Assembly (NCBI GenBank): GCA_030867685.1
Contig: JAQOWU010000008.1
Coordinates: 1,302,001-1,366,000 of the forward strand
Length of the DNA stretch: 64,000 nt
Source of the DNA: Wickerhamiella versatilis
Lineage: Eukaryota
Direction of reading: 5' to 3'
Position numbers and translations under genes: made by a program. The notes beneath the pieces are model-generated. The model did not search any database and was not told the DNA's origin. It worked only from the letters and a program-made list of their open reading frames with translations. Of the stretch, positions 10,993 to 20,737 are shown in pieces (position 1 is the first letter of the stretch; each line of letters starts with the position of its first letter).

Positions 10993-11958
10993 ATGATCTC
11001 TGTGATATTTTCTGTACTTTGTTCTCAGCTGATATTCGTTCAAGCACAAGATGGGTTATATCTAAACCTCATATCATCAGCTGTTGTGAATACAGCACCT
11101 AGCTACCGTCGGTCAAATGTGCCAGAAGCAACTGCAAGCTCTATCGCTAAAAATGCGATAGATAGATTGAACGCAATGCCTCAATTCACTGGGATTGTCA
11201 ATGAGGCGGTCCAAATAGGTATTCAAGGTGGTGGAAATATCCAACCATCACAAGCCCTTTCACTTGTTCGTAGGGCCTCTGTTTCATTGGAAAATGCCCG
11301 TCCAGAGCCTAGTTATAGCTCTCTTTTGGCATACGTGAGCCAGATGTTACCCAGCTTCGATTCTACGCCATTAGGTGAAGCGCGTCAGACTGGCGCTGGA
11401 CAAGGACAACAGCAAATGAGCCGAGGAATTGAGTTTTACAATTCATTCACCCGCAATAGTGACGGATACTCTGCAGTTGTGACTGCAATGCATATGGGGC
11501 GCGAGATTGTGCACGATGCGCACTTACCTGAGCCTACTATTCTCGAGGGTAACACTCCGCCCTCTTTTGGCCAGCAGACGACGCATAGAGAAAATGCTCA
11601 TAGAACTGAAAATGCAGTGAGTAAATCAAATTCAAGGTATCCGACGACTTCGCAGCAGCAGTCTCCTCCACAAAGTAGCCAGTCGTATAATCCATACTCG
11701 GCCTATAGTGGGGCACCGTATAATCCCTACGGTCAACCTCAGTATAATCCATATGGGCAAGCCACGGCCCCGTACAACCCATATGGACAAGCAACCGCCC
11801 CATACAATCCATATGGACAAGCTCCTCCACAATATAATCCATACGGACAACCTGCACCCCAGTACAATCCATACGGACAATCACCTAACTACTACAATCC
11901 CTATGCTCCGCAAGCGAATCCGTATCAGAATGGCCCTTATCATCCTTATGGCCATTAA
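10993..11958 (+). CDS. Putative secreted protein with C-terminal YNPYGQ repeats (321 aa)
   Basis: First ATG 10993 gives signal-peptide-like MISVIFSVLCSQLIFVQA-QD; the C-terminus has Tyr/Pro/Gln repeats. Confidence 0.75.
   Translation: MISVIFSVLCSQLIFVQAQDGLYLNLISSAVVNTAPSYRRSNVPEATASSIAKNAIDRLNAMPQFTGIVNEAVQIGIQGGGNIQPSQALSLVRRASVSLENARPEPSYSSLLAYVSQMLPSFDSTPLGEARQTGAGQGQQQMSRGIEFYNSFTRNSDGYSAVVTAMHMGREIVHDAHLPEPTILEGNTPPSFGQQTTHRENAHRTENAVSKSNSRYPTTSQQQSPPQSSQSYNPYSAYSGAPYNPYGQPQYNPYGQATAPYNPYGQATAPYNPYGQAPPQYNPYGQPAPQYNPYGQSPNYYNPYAPQANPYQNGPYHPYGH
11686..11955 (+). repeat. Coding tandem repeat, about 30-bp units encoding YNPYGQxxxx
   Basis: tataatccatatgggcaagccacggccccg / tacaacccatatggacaagcaaccgcccca / tacaatccatatggacaagctcctccacaa etc.; 8 YNPY units plus degenerate copies. 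Confidence 0.9.
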
Positions 11959-12102
11959 AATGTCTAAGAATTTTGGCAAAAGGAGATAGGACACTCAGTG
12001 TATTGATTAAGATATCTCAATATATGATACTATATCCTAAGCTAAAGAAATAAGTTTCATTAGTGTATTAAGTGCTGGATGATGGTAAAATGAAGGCCAA
12101 AC

Positions 12103-14148
12103 TTAGCCCCCTCCAGTTCCGGGAGGACGTTTTGACTCTCTGACCTCAACAACCTGCCTGGATAGAAGAAGTCGAACATCATCAGGTATGTGAGGCAAAT
12201 CTGTACGGTGCTTTCTAGATACCTGGTAGTCCACTAATTCAATAGTCTTACGCAGATGATTGAAAAGCTGCTCTGCTCGCACAAGAACTGCTTCAAGGTC
12301 CAGCGACATTCCAAGATCGTTAATGTATTTCAATATTTCGTCAAAATGATGCAACCTATTCATTATCACCTCTTTGTTGAGGTCCAGAATAGCTAACGCA
12401 ATGAGTAAATGGAACTGAGAAGACAAGTAGTCAGTCCATAGTACCTCCCATAACCTCAAGCAGTCGTCCCAATCAAATTCTCGTTTATACCAAACTAGCA
12501 GCATGCGGAAAAAGAAAAAGAAGTGCGTAGAATCCGCTTTTGCGAGATGCTCATAAAGTCTGGGTAACATCAATTGCACAAGGTGATCTAAACATGTGAG
12601 CTGGTCACGCATGCCCGATTGATCCCTCACAAAATTCCTCTCCATTCTGCGCATGAATGCACAAAACGCACAAAATGCCAGGGAATCATCCTGTAAAACA
12701 ACATAAAGTGGGCTAAGAAGATCCGTCATTCCCTGCACATAACCAAGGTTCTCATTATATTCGTTGTAGGTTATCAACAAGTCCTTCAGTTGTTCCAGAT
12801 GCGGATTAGCGCCAGAAGAAGCAAATCGTGAGTCTGGATCTGGGTGAGGAATATCGGATTGACCAAAAATTTCTAGCTGTCGATCGGTTCGTAGAACATC
12901 TTTTTCAATGCGAGATTTTTGATCTTTCCAGAAATCGTCATTCGCTTGGCGTTCAGTGTCATCCCACCAACGCCGCTTCAATCGATAGTACTCATTACGC
13001 TTATCAGCAACAATTGCTACTCTCTCCTTAGCTGTAGAATGCCAAGGATACACGCCAAGTAGAAAAAGCCAGGCTTCTGGCCTTGCGGGCGGCTCTAATC
13101 CCCCATGGAAAATTCGCTCAAGAATTTCGTCGACAGTGACTGAGATTTGACCTGCCATACCAAAGAAACTCTTCCATTCTGCTAAAGTGACAGGATTACG
13201 TCGTTCCACTCCGGAATGCATACTCACAAATGAGAAATCCTCGTCGCCTAGTAGGTTGTCGTAACCATCGGTCCATACAACGTCATACTTCTTCTTATCC
13301 CGATCCTTAGCAATTCCCACAGCCCATTCCGCAAGATAAGCTTTTGCACTGTCGTAATCTTGGCTCAATTGCTCCACTTCTGGTATATTAAGCATAGACT
13401 TCATGGGTGCTGGCGTACGGTCAATAACATGTCTTCCCGCAGTGCGCGAAAGTTTCGTCACTTGAGCTAATTTCTCGAAAATACCCCATTTCACGTCTTC
13501 CCAACGTTTTGAAGATGCGTTATTTCCTGAAGAAGGCTTTGCCCTCATTTCTGTCAGATCTGGATTCACCAAATAAACACCACGTTCCTTCTGTGGTGAA
13601 GAAACAACTTTAGCATACTTCTTCAACGCTGCCATAAATGAAGCACCACCCCAGGGAAGCTGGTCATCTGTGAATGGATCAAAACTAGCAGCACGCTTCT
13701 TGCGCTCCTGCTGAACAGCCTGGTTCTCTGAGTCATGGAAATAGAGTGTAGGGAGTGTATCTGAGCCACGGGTAATCAATTGAATGCTGCCATACCACCA
13801 GCCGAGACTGGGTTCTCTTACTTGGATCGAATATATATCCCTAATTGACACACTGAAAGCATGAGAACTAAGTGTGGAAGTAGGGGGTGGTGAAACCAAC
13901 GGCTGCTGAGAAGATATTTGAGGTGATCCAGAGTCATCCAAATCTACCTGTACATAAGATTCAAAATCCGTTTTGCTAAGTCGAATGAGACTCTCCGGTA
14001 CCCAGGATACCAGCATATCAGAATTCCCTCCATTTAAAGGCCTTACAAGGGCTATATAGCCACATATTTGATCCTTGGAAGATTTAGTAGGATGAATATA
14101 GACCTTCGACTTCGAAAATAGTAGTTGCACCTGTCCGACAGCGACCAT
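12103..14148 (-). CDS. GYP7: Rab GTPase-activating protein Gyp7 (TBC domain)
   Basis: N-terminal LLFSKSKVYIHPT; IEKDVLRTDR, GYVQGMTDL, FFFRMLLVWYKREF. Confidence 0.93.
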   Translation of the reverse strand: MVAVGQVQLLFSKSKVYIHPTKSSKDQICGYIALVRPLNGGNSDMLVSWVPESLIRLSKTDFESYVQVDLDDSGSPQISSQQPLVSPPPTSTLSSHAFSVSIRDIYSIQVREPSLGWWYGSIQLITRGSDTLPTLYFHDSENQAVQQERKKRAASFDPFTDDQLPWGGASFMAALKKYAKVVSSPQKERGVYLVNPDLTEMRAKPSSGNNASSKRWEDVKWGIFEKLAQVTKLSRTAGRHVIDRTPAPMKSMLNIPEVEQLSQDYDSAKAYLAEWAVGIAKDRDKKKYDVVWTDGYDNLLGDEDFSFVSMHSGVERRNPVTLAEWKSFFGMAGQISVTVDEILERIFHGGLEPPARPEAWLFLLGVYPWHSTAKERVAIVADKRNEYYRLKRRWWDDTERQANDDFWKDQKSRIEKDVLRTDRQLEIFGQSDIPHPDPDSRFASSGANPHLEQLKDLLITYNEYNENLGYVQGMTDLLSPLYVVLQDDSLAFCAFCAFMRRMERNFVRDQSGMRDQLTCLDHLVQLMLPRLYEHLAKADSTHFFFFFRMLLVWYKREFDWDDCLRLWEVLWTDYLSSQFHLLIALAILDLNKEVIMNRLHHFDEILKYINDLGMSLDLEAVLVRAEQLFNHLRKTIELVDYQVSRKHRTDLPHIPDDVRLLLSRQVVEVRESKRPPGTGGG

Positions 14149-14555
14149 GTGTGGCGGCAGGTGCTAGTCAGCTGGGCAAGGATTTGCGGTATGGATATGT
14201 TTTTGTGGAGCAATTTCACACAGGCCGTCTATTATAAAATTTTGATATTAATACATATCTAGCTCCATTGTGACCTATTATTGTCACTGTATAAGCTCAG
14301 CTACTTTTTTCTTTGAGTTGTCTGTGGTAGACTACAATCTATTCTTAGAGAATAAGTCTTCATTTTGAGGCCACATAAAAATTGATTCAAGCATAATTAC
14401 TCTGGTCTAATTAGTCTATCATTGGCTGGTGCTTTTTTTGTCACGCTTCTCACAACAACAGCTATATTCCTCTAAATCATGATCGGGACAAACTTGCTGA
14501 CATAGCACACGCTGGCCTCTGAGCTCCTCCATTTCTTACTCTCTGCATAGGTGAC

Positions 14556-14666
14556 ATGATTTCAGATTCACAGCTTTCTAGCATTGTCACAATACTTGGA
14601 ACCGCCGCAGTTGTTTTGATACTGGTATATCAGTTTATTTCTCAAAATCCAGAGAGTTTTTCCTAA
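14556..14666 (+). CDS. OST4: Oligosaccharyltransferase subunit Ost4 (36 aa)
   Basis: Hand translation MISDSQLSSIVTILGTAAVVLILVYQFISQNPESFS*, matching the Ost4 pattern MISDxQL...G....LIV.Y. Below the ORF-track cutoff; adjacent to GYP7 (near neighbours in S. cerevisiae). Confidence 0.92.
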   Translation: MISDSQLSSIVTILGTAAVVLILVYQFISQNPESFS

Positions 14667-14841
14667 GTCAGAAGCATGAACTTATAAAAAACAACGGAAA
14701 AAGGCGGGGCCACGTCGATCTGACCGATAGAGAGTGATCAGATCCTTTAAAGTCACACATTTAAAAGTTACTTCATAAAGGATTCTACATTATTTAGATT
14801 CTACGTACTTGGTGATAGTTAGGTACTTACTTAATTAATGC

Positions 14842-15081
14842 ATGTGGCGAGAACGGATACATCATTATCTTGTTGACTGGTTCTTGAATTCACCAGCCTT
14901 TCATCGCTTCGTTGCATTTACCAAGGGCGCTAATTATACGGCACAGGTGCGTCCTGATTCGGCCTTATTCCGAAAGTTAAGAAACCAAGAGCATCTTGTA
15001 GCTCAACGACGAAGACGCATGTTCTGGCAATTATTTAAACAAGAAATGAGATATGAGATATTTCCTTATCGTAGAAAATAG
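14842..15081 (+). CDS. MRX7: Mrx7-like small mitochondrial protein (79 aa)
   Basis: LNSPAFHRFV motif and F..LFKQE; convergent with VID27 as YNL211C/YNL212W are. Confidence 0.75.
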   Translation: MWRERIHHYLVDWFLNSPAFHRFVAFTKGANYTAQVRPDSALFRKLRNQEHLVAQRRRRMFWQLFKQEMRYEIFPYRRK

Positions 15082-15084
15082 TTC

Positions 15085-17271
15085 TCAAAGGTTGTTTTTG
15101 TTGGGTTTTCTTAGTGCTGCTTTGGATACTATGCTGACGTCGTTCTCGAGAGCTACGACCATGCGCTTGTCTGTACCGAACTTGAAATTCTCTGCTGTAA
15201 TATCCGAATCATAACGCTTTACAAGATACGCGTCTGATTCACCGCGTAATACGCGTCGAAGGTTCCAAATGACTAGGTAAGGACCAGTGCTAGTAATTAT
15301 AGCTTCTTCCTTGACCGAAGGCCCAGTATTAAATCGAGCACTGGTAAAAGAAATGGGTTTTCCTGTTTGAATTCGCATATAACTAGCATTTTGAGGTGAA
15401 ATCCTCAGTAATATCGGCCTTGGTTTGCTATCCTTAGCCCAGCTCTTCGTAAAGCCATTATGCTCTTGGGTGGCTGTTTCAACCAATAGAAGGTAATCCT
15501 TACATGTAGCCAGCACAAACCTTCCATCTGCAGTTACGTCTATACCGATGAACCCACGACCCAAACCAGGGATATGTGTTTTAGCTACACGTCCAAGTTT
15601 ATCATAGAGTCGAATATCGCCCGTTTCGGCACCTACGACCATGTATCCGCTTTCCGTTGTCGCTAACACATTGAGCGCCATCTTTGACTTGTAAAGTTTC
15701 TCGTTGTCTCCCACCACCTTAGAACCACTAAGACGGGGATCAATTTGAAACATAGACTGGCCACTCACACCAAAAAGACTTTGTTCGCCAGTTGTTTGCG
15801 CGAACTTGGATATGGGTGCAAAATCATTCACATTACGATCACCCATTTTCCACTCGTCAACGATCTTTCCGTATTCGAGATCCATACGGTAGAGTTTATC
15901 TTTCTCATTACCTTGTAAAACCAATGCACGGTCTCTCTCATGGAGCATTACCCGGGCAGGGTCTAACTCTTTGCCACCAAAAGTACGCACATTGTCAATA
16001 GTGGTTTGATACTGCAAGTTTTGATCATCTTGCTTAAACACCCCGATTCTGTTTCCTCGCACAACGTAAGTTCGATCGTTTGTGTGGCCAACTTCAAGGG
16101 CTGAATTGCGTGCATTCAAGCTGGCGGTTCCCTCTATAGGCTGAGCGAAAGCTAGAGATTCTGATGTTGCTACATCATCTTCCTCGGATTCAGCAGAGGA
16201 ATCCTCTTCATCAGAGGCACTCTCTGCATTATCTTCAATTGTTGCGTTATTCATAGCATTTGTGACATATTCTTGATCGACCTCACCAAGATCCTGCCAG
16301 TGACGACGGTTAATGCGCTCCCACTCGGCTATGGCAACACCGTTCTCGAATCGGTTTAACGATTCGACAGATTTGAATTGGGCTAGATATGACAGCATCA
16401 ATCCCTTTTCTGTCACGTAGTTAAATATCAGAGCACGCTGTCCAGGATGGGAGTACGGGTTGAGTTCGTCAAGGATCGAAGTTCCCAAACAGGCGAATGT
16501 GCTGTTCCGAAATTCCAGCCAGTACTCGTAGTTACCTTGGTCAAGGACTACTGCAGTAACATCTTCGAATTGGGGTATGAATACTTCCTTGGTGCTGTCA
16601 AAGAGGCATAATGTGGCATCTTCACTGGCAATAACCTTCCCTTCGGAACATGGCATTCTGGAGGCACCTTGGTTTGTTACCGTGTCCAATGAGCCTATTC
16701 CTTGCACTGCTGGCGTACCTGAATCCTTAATAGAATCACTTTTAGAGCCCTCAACATTCTTAGATGAATTGGCCTCTGAACTATAATCGAATTCGAATTC
16801 TTTAAAATCAGCATTTTTGGGGGGTGGCTGTTTATATTTACGCTCATATTGCGCAACGCATGCCATGTCATAAAAGGTATCGAGAGACTCAACAGAAATT
16901 GATGAAGAGCAAACGAATTCATACCTGTCACCATCATCGCCACTTAAATCGAGCCAGCTAATGATAGGTCTGTCCTTACTACCGTAGTAACCAATTTGAA
17001 TAGCCTCATCAACAAGAAAAGTACGCTCATCATCTTCTTCTTCGCCCTCTAAAGAATCTGTCTCTGTCACTTCCTCATTGATTCTACGGACTACAAGTTC
17101 GTAACAGAATTCTTGAGACGTCTTAGCTAAAGTCAATTCAGCTTCTGGGAATATACACTCGTGCCGGCCTTTAGGCGTTTTTTCATTTCTTAGAATATAA
17201 ACCTCTCCTGGCGCAAGCGTCACAATGCTCGTGGGCGACGTCCGAGGTAGGAACTTCGACAGTAAATTCAT
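15085..17271 (-). CDS. VID27: Vacuolar import and degradation protein Vid27
   Basis: LYRMDLEYGKIVDEW, FQIDPRLSG, GDIRLYD...AKTHIPGLG, DVTADGRFVLATC. Confidence 0.93.
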   Translation of the reverse strand: MNLLSKFLPRTSPTSIVTLAPGEVYILRNEKTPKGRHECIFPEAELTLAKTSQEFCYELVVRRINEEVTETDSLEGEEEDDERTFLVDEAIQIGYYGSKDRPIISWLDLSGDDGDRYEFVCSSSISVESLDTFYDMACVAQYERKYKQPPPKNADFKEFEFDYSSEANSSKNVEGSKSDSIKDSGTPAVQGIGSLDTVTNQGASRMPCSEGKVIASEDATLCLFDSTKEVFIPQFEDVTAVVLDQGNYEYWLEFRNSTFACLGTSILDELNPYSHPGQRALIFNYVTEKGLMLSYLAQFKSVESLNRFENGVAIAEWERINRRHWQDLGEVDQEYVTNAMNNATIEDNAESASDEEDSSAESEEDDVATSESLAFAQPIEGTASLNARNSALEVGHTNDRTYVVRGNRIGVFKQDDQNLQYQTTIDNVRTFGGKELDPARVMLHERDRALVLQGNEKDKLYRMDLEYGKIVDEWKMGDRNVNDFAPISKFAQTTGEQSLFGVSGQSMFQIDPRLSGSKVVGDNEKLYKSKMALNVLATTESGYMVVGAETGDIRLYDKLGRVAKTHIPGLGRGFIGIDVTADGRFVLATCKDYLLLVETATQEHNGFTKSWAKDSKPRPILLRISPQNASYMRIQTGKPISFTSARFNTGPSVKEEAIITSTGPYLVIWNLRRVLRGESDAYLVKRYDSDITAENFKFGTDKRMVVALENDVSIVSKAALRKPNKNNL

Positions 17272-17326
17272 TCAATTGTTATGATGAAGCTGGAAGTAAA
17301 TAGATTACAAATAATATATTTATTGT

Positions 17327-17911
17327 ATGAGCCATCTAATAAGAAGATATTGGCATTGGCACCCGCTTAATAGCATTTGCACAAGAAATATACGTTTTTT
17401 TGCAACCAAACGTACGGTTCCTTACGTCCGCAAAGGGATGTGGAATCTCCTTGAGATCCCCACCGAAAAATTTCAAGCTTCCTCTCTTGAGTCTGAAGAG
17501 CCCAATACCGACCATCCGGACACGCCTAACGTCTCATTAAATCTTCCTAAAAATTGGAGAAACTCCTATGGTTTACCGCAGTGGAAGCGCCAAAACTTCG
17601 CACTTCGTGAAAAGTTCCCCGAGGGATGGCGTCCTCGACGTAAGCTAAACAGAAATGAAATGGACGAACTACGGGCATTGAAGAAGGCTCAGAATTCTCT
17701 TTCCAATGATTATTTGGCAAACCATTTCAAAACAAGCCCAGAGGCAGTTAGGCGCATAATAAAGTCTAAGTGGCGACCAAGTGAAAAGGAGGCAAAGAAG
17801 CAAAACGAGCGCTGGAAACGCAGGGGTGAAAAGTTGAAGAAACGTACTCCGCCTAATACTTCCCCATATTCTTTGGGTAGAATAGAGGATTCTGGCGACA
17901 AAATATTTTAA
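17327..17911 (+). CDS. RRG9: Rrg9 / neugrin-family mitochondrial protein
   Basis: LPQWKRQNFALREKF..GWRPRRKL, LANHFKTSPEAVRRIIKSKW; presequence-like N-terminus. Confidence 0.9.
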   Translation: MSHLIRRYWHWHPLNSICTRNIRFFATKRTVPYVRKGMWNLLEIPTEKFQASSLESEEPNTDHPDTPNVSLNLPKNWRNSYGLPQWKRQNFALREKFPEGWRPRRKLNRNEMDELRALKKAQNSLSNDYLANHFKTSPEAVRRIIKSKWRPSEKEAKKQNERWKRRGEKLKKRTPPNTSPYSLGRIEDSGDKIF

Positions 17912-17934
17912 TGCTTTTATATATATATATAATG

Positions 17935-18528
17935 CTATATGGATAGTAATGCCCCTTTAAATGACCTAATTTCTTTCATGAGTTCAGATGTTGCATTCCT
18001 AAGAGGCGTGTCATTAGAAAGTTTGGAGCCAAACAGCTCTGAGCCTTTCGGTCCCAGGTAATAACCCTTGTTGTACATCATCTGTCGAAGTGACTGAGTG
18101 AACTCTTCAGTTATATTTACAATAGGATTCTCATCAGAATTTCCCAAAATTTCATCAGTATTAAATAGAGCGTTGAATTCGGCCCAGTTCTGAGGCCGTG
18201 GTTTCCGTCGAAGGAACTGATCTCTAGACTCTGGGGTGGCTTGAGTTTTGGTATCAACATATCCGCGTCGCCTGTTTTCAAATTGCGGAACTTCTGAAAC
18301 TATCTTCTCAATCTGTGAGTTCAATTTTTCGAGCCTGTGTCGAGCTTCTGTGGCATAGACACGTCGATCGAAGGTTAACTGGTCATGGAGTGGCTGGACA
18401 ACAAACTTCGACAAGAGAGTTAGGACTCCAGCAATCCCTCCAAAAACATAAACAATCCCCACAACCTGCCTGAATGCCAGTGGTCTGCGCGTTTGAGGCA
18501 GGCGCCCTGTAGTTTCGGGAAACGTCAT
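17935..18528 (-). CDS. PEX17: Peroxin Pex17 (Pex14/17-like), 197 aa
   Basis: TM segment followed by SKFVVQPLHDQLT..R, C-terminal KEIRSFKGALL; lies between RRG9 and IES2 as in S. cerevisiae. ATG at 18528. Confidence 0.8.
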   Translation of the reverse strand: MTFPETTGRLPQTRRPLAFRQVVGIVYVFGGIAGVLTLLSKFVVQPLHDQLTFDRRVYATEARHRLEKLNSQIEKIVSEVPQFENRRRGYVDTKTQATPESRDQFLRRKPRPQNWAEFNALFNTDEILGNSDENPIVNITEEFTQSLRQMMYNKGYYLGPKGSELFGSKLSNDTPLRNATSELMKEIRSFKGALLSI

Positions 18529-18560
18529 TAGTGAGTGTGGAACGTAAGCAATTTGGGGTA

Positions 18561-19163
18561 ATGTCTCGCCGGCTAAAGGCCATTGACGATGAGGAGGAAC
18601 TCTCTGAGGATTTGGACCAGGGAGGAGAACCTGAAAGAAGTTCTGAGGAGCCTGAATCGTCAGATGAGGAGGAATTGGAAGATGAAGAGCTCGATGATAT
18701 TGAGGAGGACGAGGAAGACAACGCCGAGGATGGACTGCCTTCAGACGAGGAGGAAGGATCAGTATCAAATGAAGAAAATCTCACCGCACGTCAACGTGCG
18801 AAGATTAATGGCAGTGACGTCCATGTACCCGATTTAGCTGACCTGACTGACCGATCTTTTGGTGGCCGTAAGAAGAAAGTATTGAGCGTTGAGGAGGAGA
18901 AGATAAAGCGTGCAGAGCTTGCAAGACGACGGAGAAATCTCAGCGAGCGACGATTAGAGGAGGAAAAGCAGGGTACGCTCGATAAGCTGCTTAAAAGACG
19001 TGCAACCAAAACACGAAAAGATGAACAAACCCAAGCGCAAGGTGAGGCCAAGCCAGATGCCGCTAAACGTCACCCAGCATTATCAACATGGCGTTCCTCC
19101 AGGAGTGGCATGGCTTTATCAGTTGCACAGGAGCGAGCAGATTATATGTTTCCTGGTCTATGA
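18561..19163 (+). CDS. IES2: INO80 complex subunit Ies2 (PAPA-1 domain), 200 aa
   Basis: Acidic N-terminus, LTARQRA, KRAELARRRRNLSERRLEEEKQGTLDKLLKRRA. Confidence 0.88.
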   Translation: MSRRLKAIDDEEELSEDLDQGGEPERSSEEPESSDEEELEDEELDDIEEDEEDNAEDGLPSDEEEGSVSNEENLTARQRAKINGSDVHVPDLADLTDRSFGGRKKKVLSVEEEKIKRAELARRRRNLSERRLEEEKQGTLDKLLKRRATKTRKDEQTQAQGEAKPDAAKRHPALSTWRSSRSGMALSVAQERADYMFPGL

Positions 19164-19301
19164 ATATAGCAAGCGTTATTAAATGAAACATAATGCTAGG
19201 TTTAAAAAAATATATTAGCTCTTTAGTGATTTGAAGATATGAAAGCCCTTGTTGTCATTGCAAATGCTGCGAACCTGCGCTGAAGCCCGCTTTGTAATGC
19301 C

Positions 19302-20486
19302 ATGGAATTCACAGACCAGCCCACGCTTTATTTTGTTCTCAGTTGTTCAGGAAAGCCTGTGTATTTCTCAAAGGGCAGAGAGGCAGAAATTGCCAGCTAT
19401 ATGGGGATAATTCACACGATAGTCTCTTGCTTTGATCAGAAGGATGGCCAATTAGAGCAATTCCACGCCAAGGATAGCCTCTTTGTTATATATCAGCGGT
19501 CATGTTTGATAGCGATAGCTATTGACAAGCTCGGTAAAAGTGAGTCCCAGCTCCGTGGCCATCTAGAGCTATTGATCAATCAAATATTGTCCACATTGAC
19601 TGGTACACAATTGGAAAAGGCATTCAGGCAGCGACCTAATCTAGATCTTAGGGCAATGATTGGTGGAACTGAGAAGTTTCTTGCTGCCTTAGTCCGCAAT
19701 TTTGAGTTATGCATGCCATGGTGCTGGACAGGTGCCCTCGAAAGCTTAGATTTGCCAAGGCATGTACGTAGCCAGCTCAACGCGGCTCTATTAGACTCAC
19801 GAAGCCATAACTTACTGTATGGCCTCATTGTAGCGGATGGAAGGTTTAGTAGCGTCGTACGCCCTCGAAAGCACAGTCTCCACCCCCCTGATTTGCATCT
19901 AGTTTTCAGCATGCTGTTCAACACCAACGCTTTTGAGGAAGGAGAGCATTGGGTTCCTATATGCCTTCCACGATTCAATTCCAATGGATTTTTATACGCA
20001 TACATTAATTTTGTTGCACCTTCAGTTGCGCTTGTTCTAATATCGCCTGACCGTACAGGATTTTATGAAATGAAACAAATGCATCTACGTGTTATGGAAC
20101 AGCTTGATCTATCACCTCTGGTGCAGAGCCTGGATAGAGGGAGGATCAAGACATCTGAAATTAAAGGTGCTGGTGCCATTGAATACTTTGTGTATAAGTC
20201 AAGGACCAATGTTCAGTTCATACAGTCCCAGAGAACTCCAGGAACCGAGGATGCTCTTCTCACTTTTACACAATTACAGGAATTCATGAGCAAGCACCAA
20301 TTGAGGATATGCTATCGCAATTCAACATCTAAGACGGCACTTGGCTGGCACACTCCTGCATTCGAGCTGTATTGCATCACTAACTCAGACGATAAGGAAG
20401 AATTGAGTAGTGCAGTGAAGCGATTAATTGCATGGGTACGCAATCATGAATCTAGGTTATTTATTGTAGATGGAGCCATGTTCTGA
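19302..20486 (+). CDS. MON1: Vacuolar fusion protein Mon1
   Basis: FVLSCSGKPVY, VRPRKHSLHPPDLHL, EHWVPICLPRFNSNGFLYAY, WVRNHESRLFI..GAMF. Confidence 0.93.
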   Translation: MEFTDQPTLYFVLSCSGKPVYFSKGREAEIASYMGIIHTIVSCFDQKDGQLEQFHAKDSLFVIYQRSCLIAIAIDKLGKSESQLRGHLELLINQILSTLTGTQLEKAFRQRPNLDLRAMIGGTEKFLAALVRNFELCMPWCWTGALESLDLPRHVRSQLNAALLDSRSHNLLYGLIVADGRFSSVVRPRKHSLHPPDLHLVFSMLFNTNAFEEGEHWVPICLPRFNSNGFLYAYINFVAPSVALVLISPDRTGFYEMKQMHLRVMEQLDLSPLVQSLDRGRIKTSEIKGAGAIEYFVYKSRTNVQFIQSQRTPGTEDALLTFTQLQEFMSKHQLRICYRNSTSKTALGWHTPAFELYCITNSDDKEELSSAVKRLIAWVRNHESRLFIVDGAMF

Positions 20487-20737
20487 ACACGGATTCCTGT
20501 ATTAGTTAGATTAATGGCAGGAGGTCTTGATTTCCTATCTATTATAATTAAAACACTCCCGATTATTTCTAAACAGGACAAGAGGCTACTTATCTTTACC
20601 GTTAAGTATTTAATTCGCAGATAAGTTTTTTTTTCGTTGTTGTTGTTGACAACAAGGTGTATAGATGTATGCTTAGATCATATTACTAGCACTTCGCACA
20701 TTTCGCAACGGTGTGATTTCCGACCAAATAGTACATC

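Noticed and set aside
11537-11989. Repetitive antisense and alternate-frame ORFs; CRISPR-like periodicity
   Set aside because: Products of the YNPYGQ coding repeat; no repeat-spacer structure, and the context is eukaryotic.
18529-18784. Upstream extension of PEX17 and a Ser-rich minus-strand ORF
   Set aside because: Antisense shadows of the acidic IES2 N-terminus.
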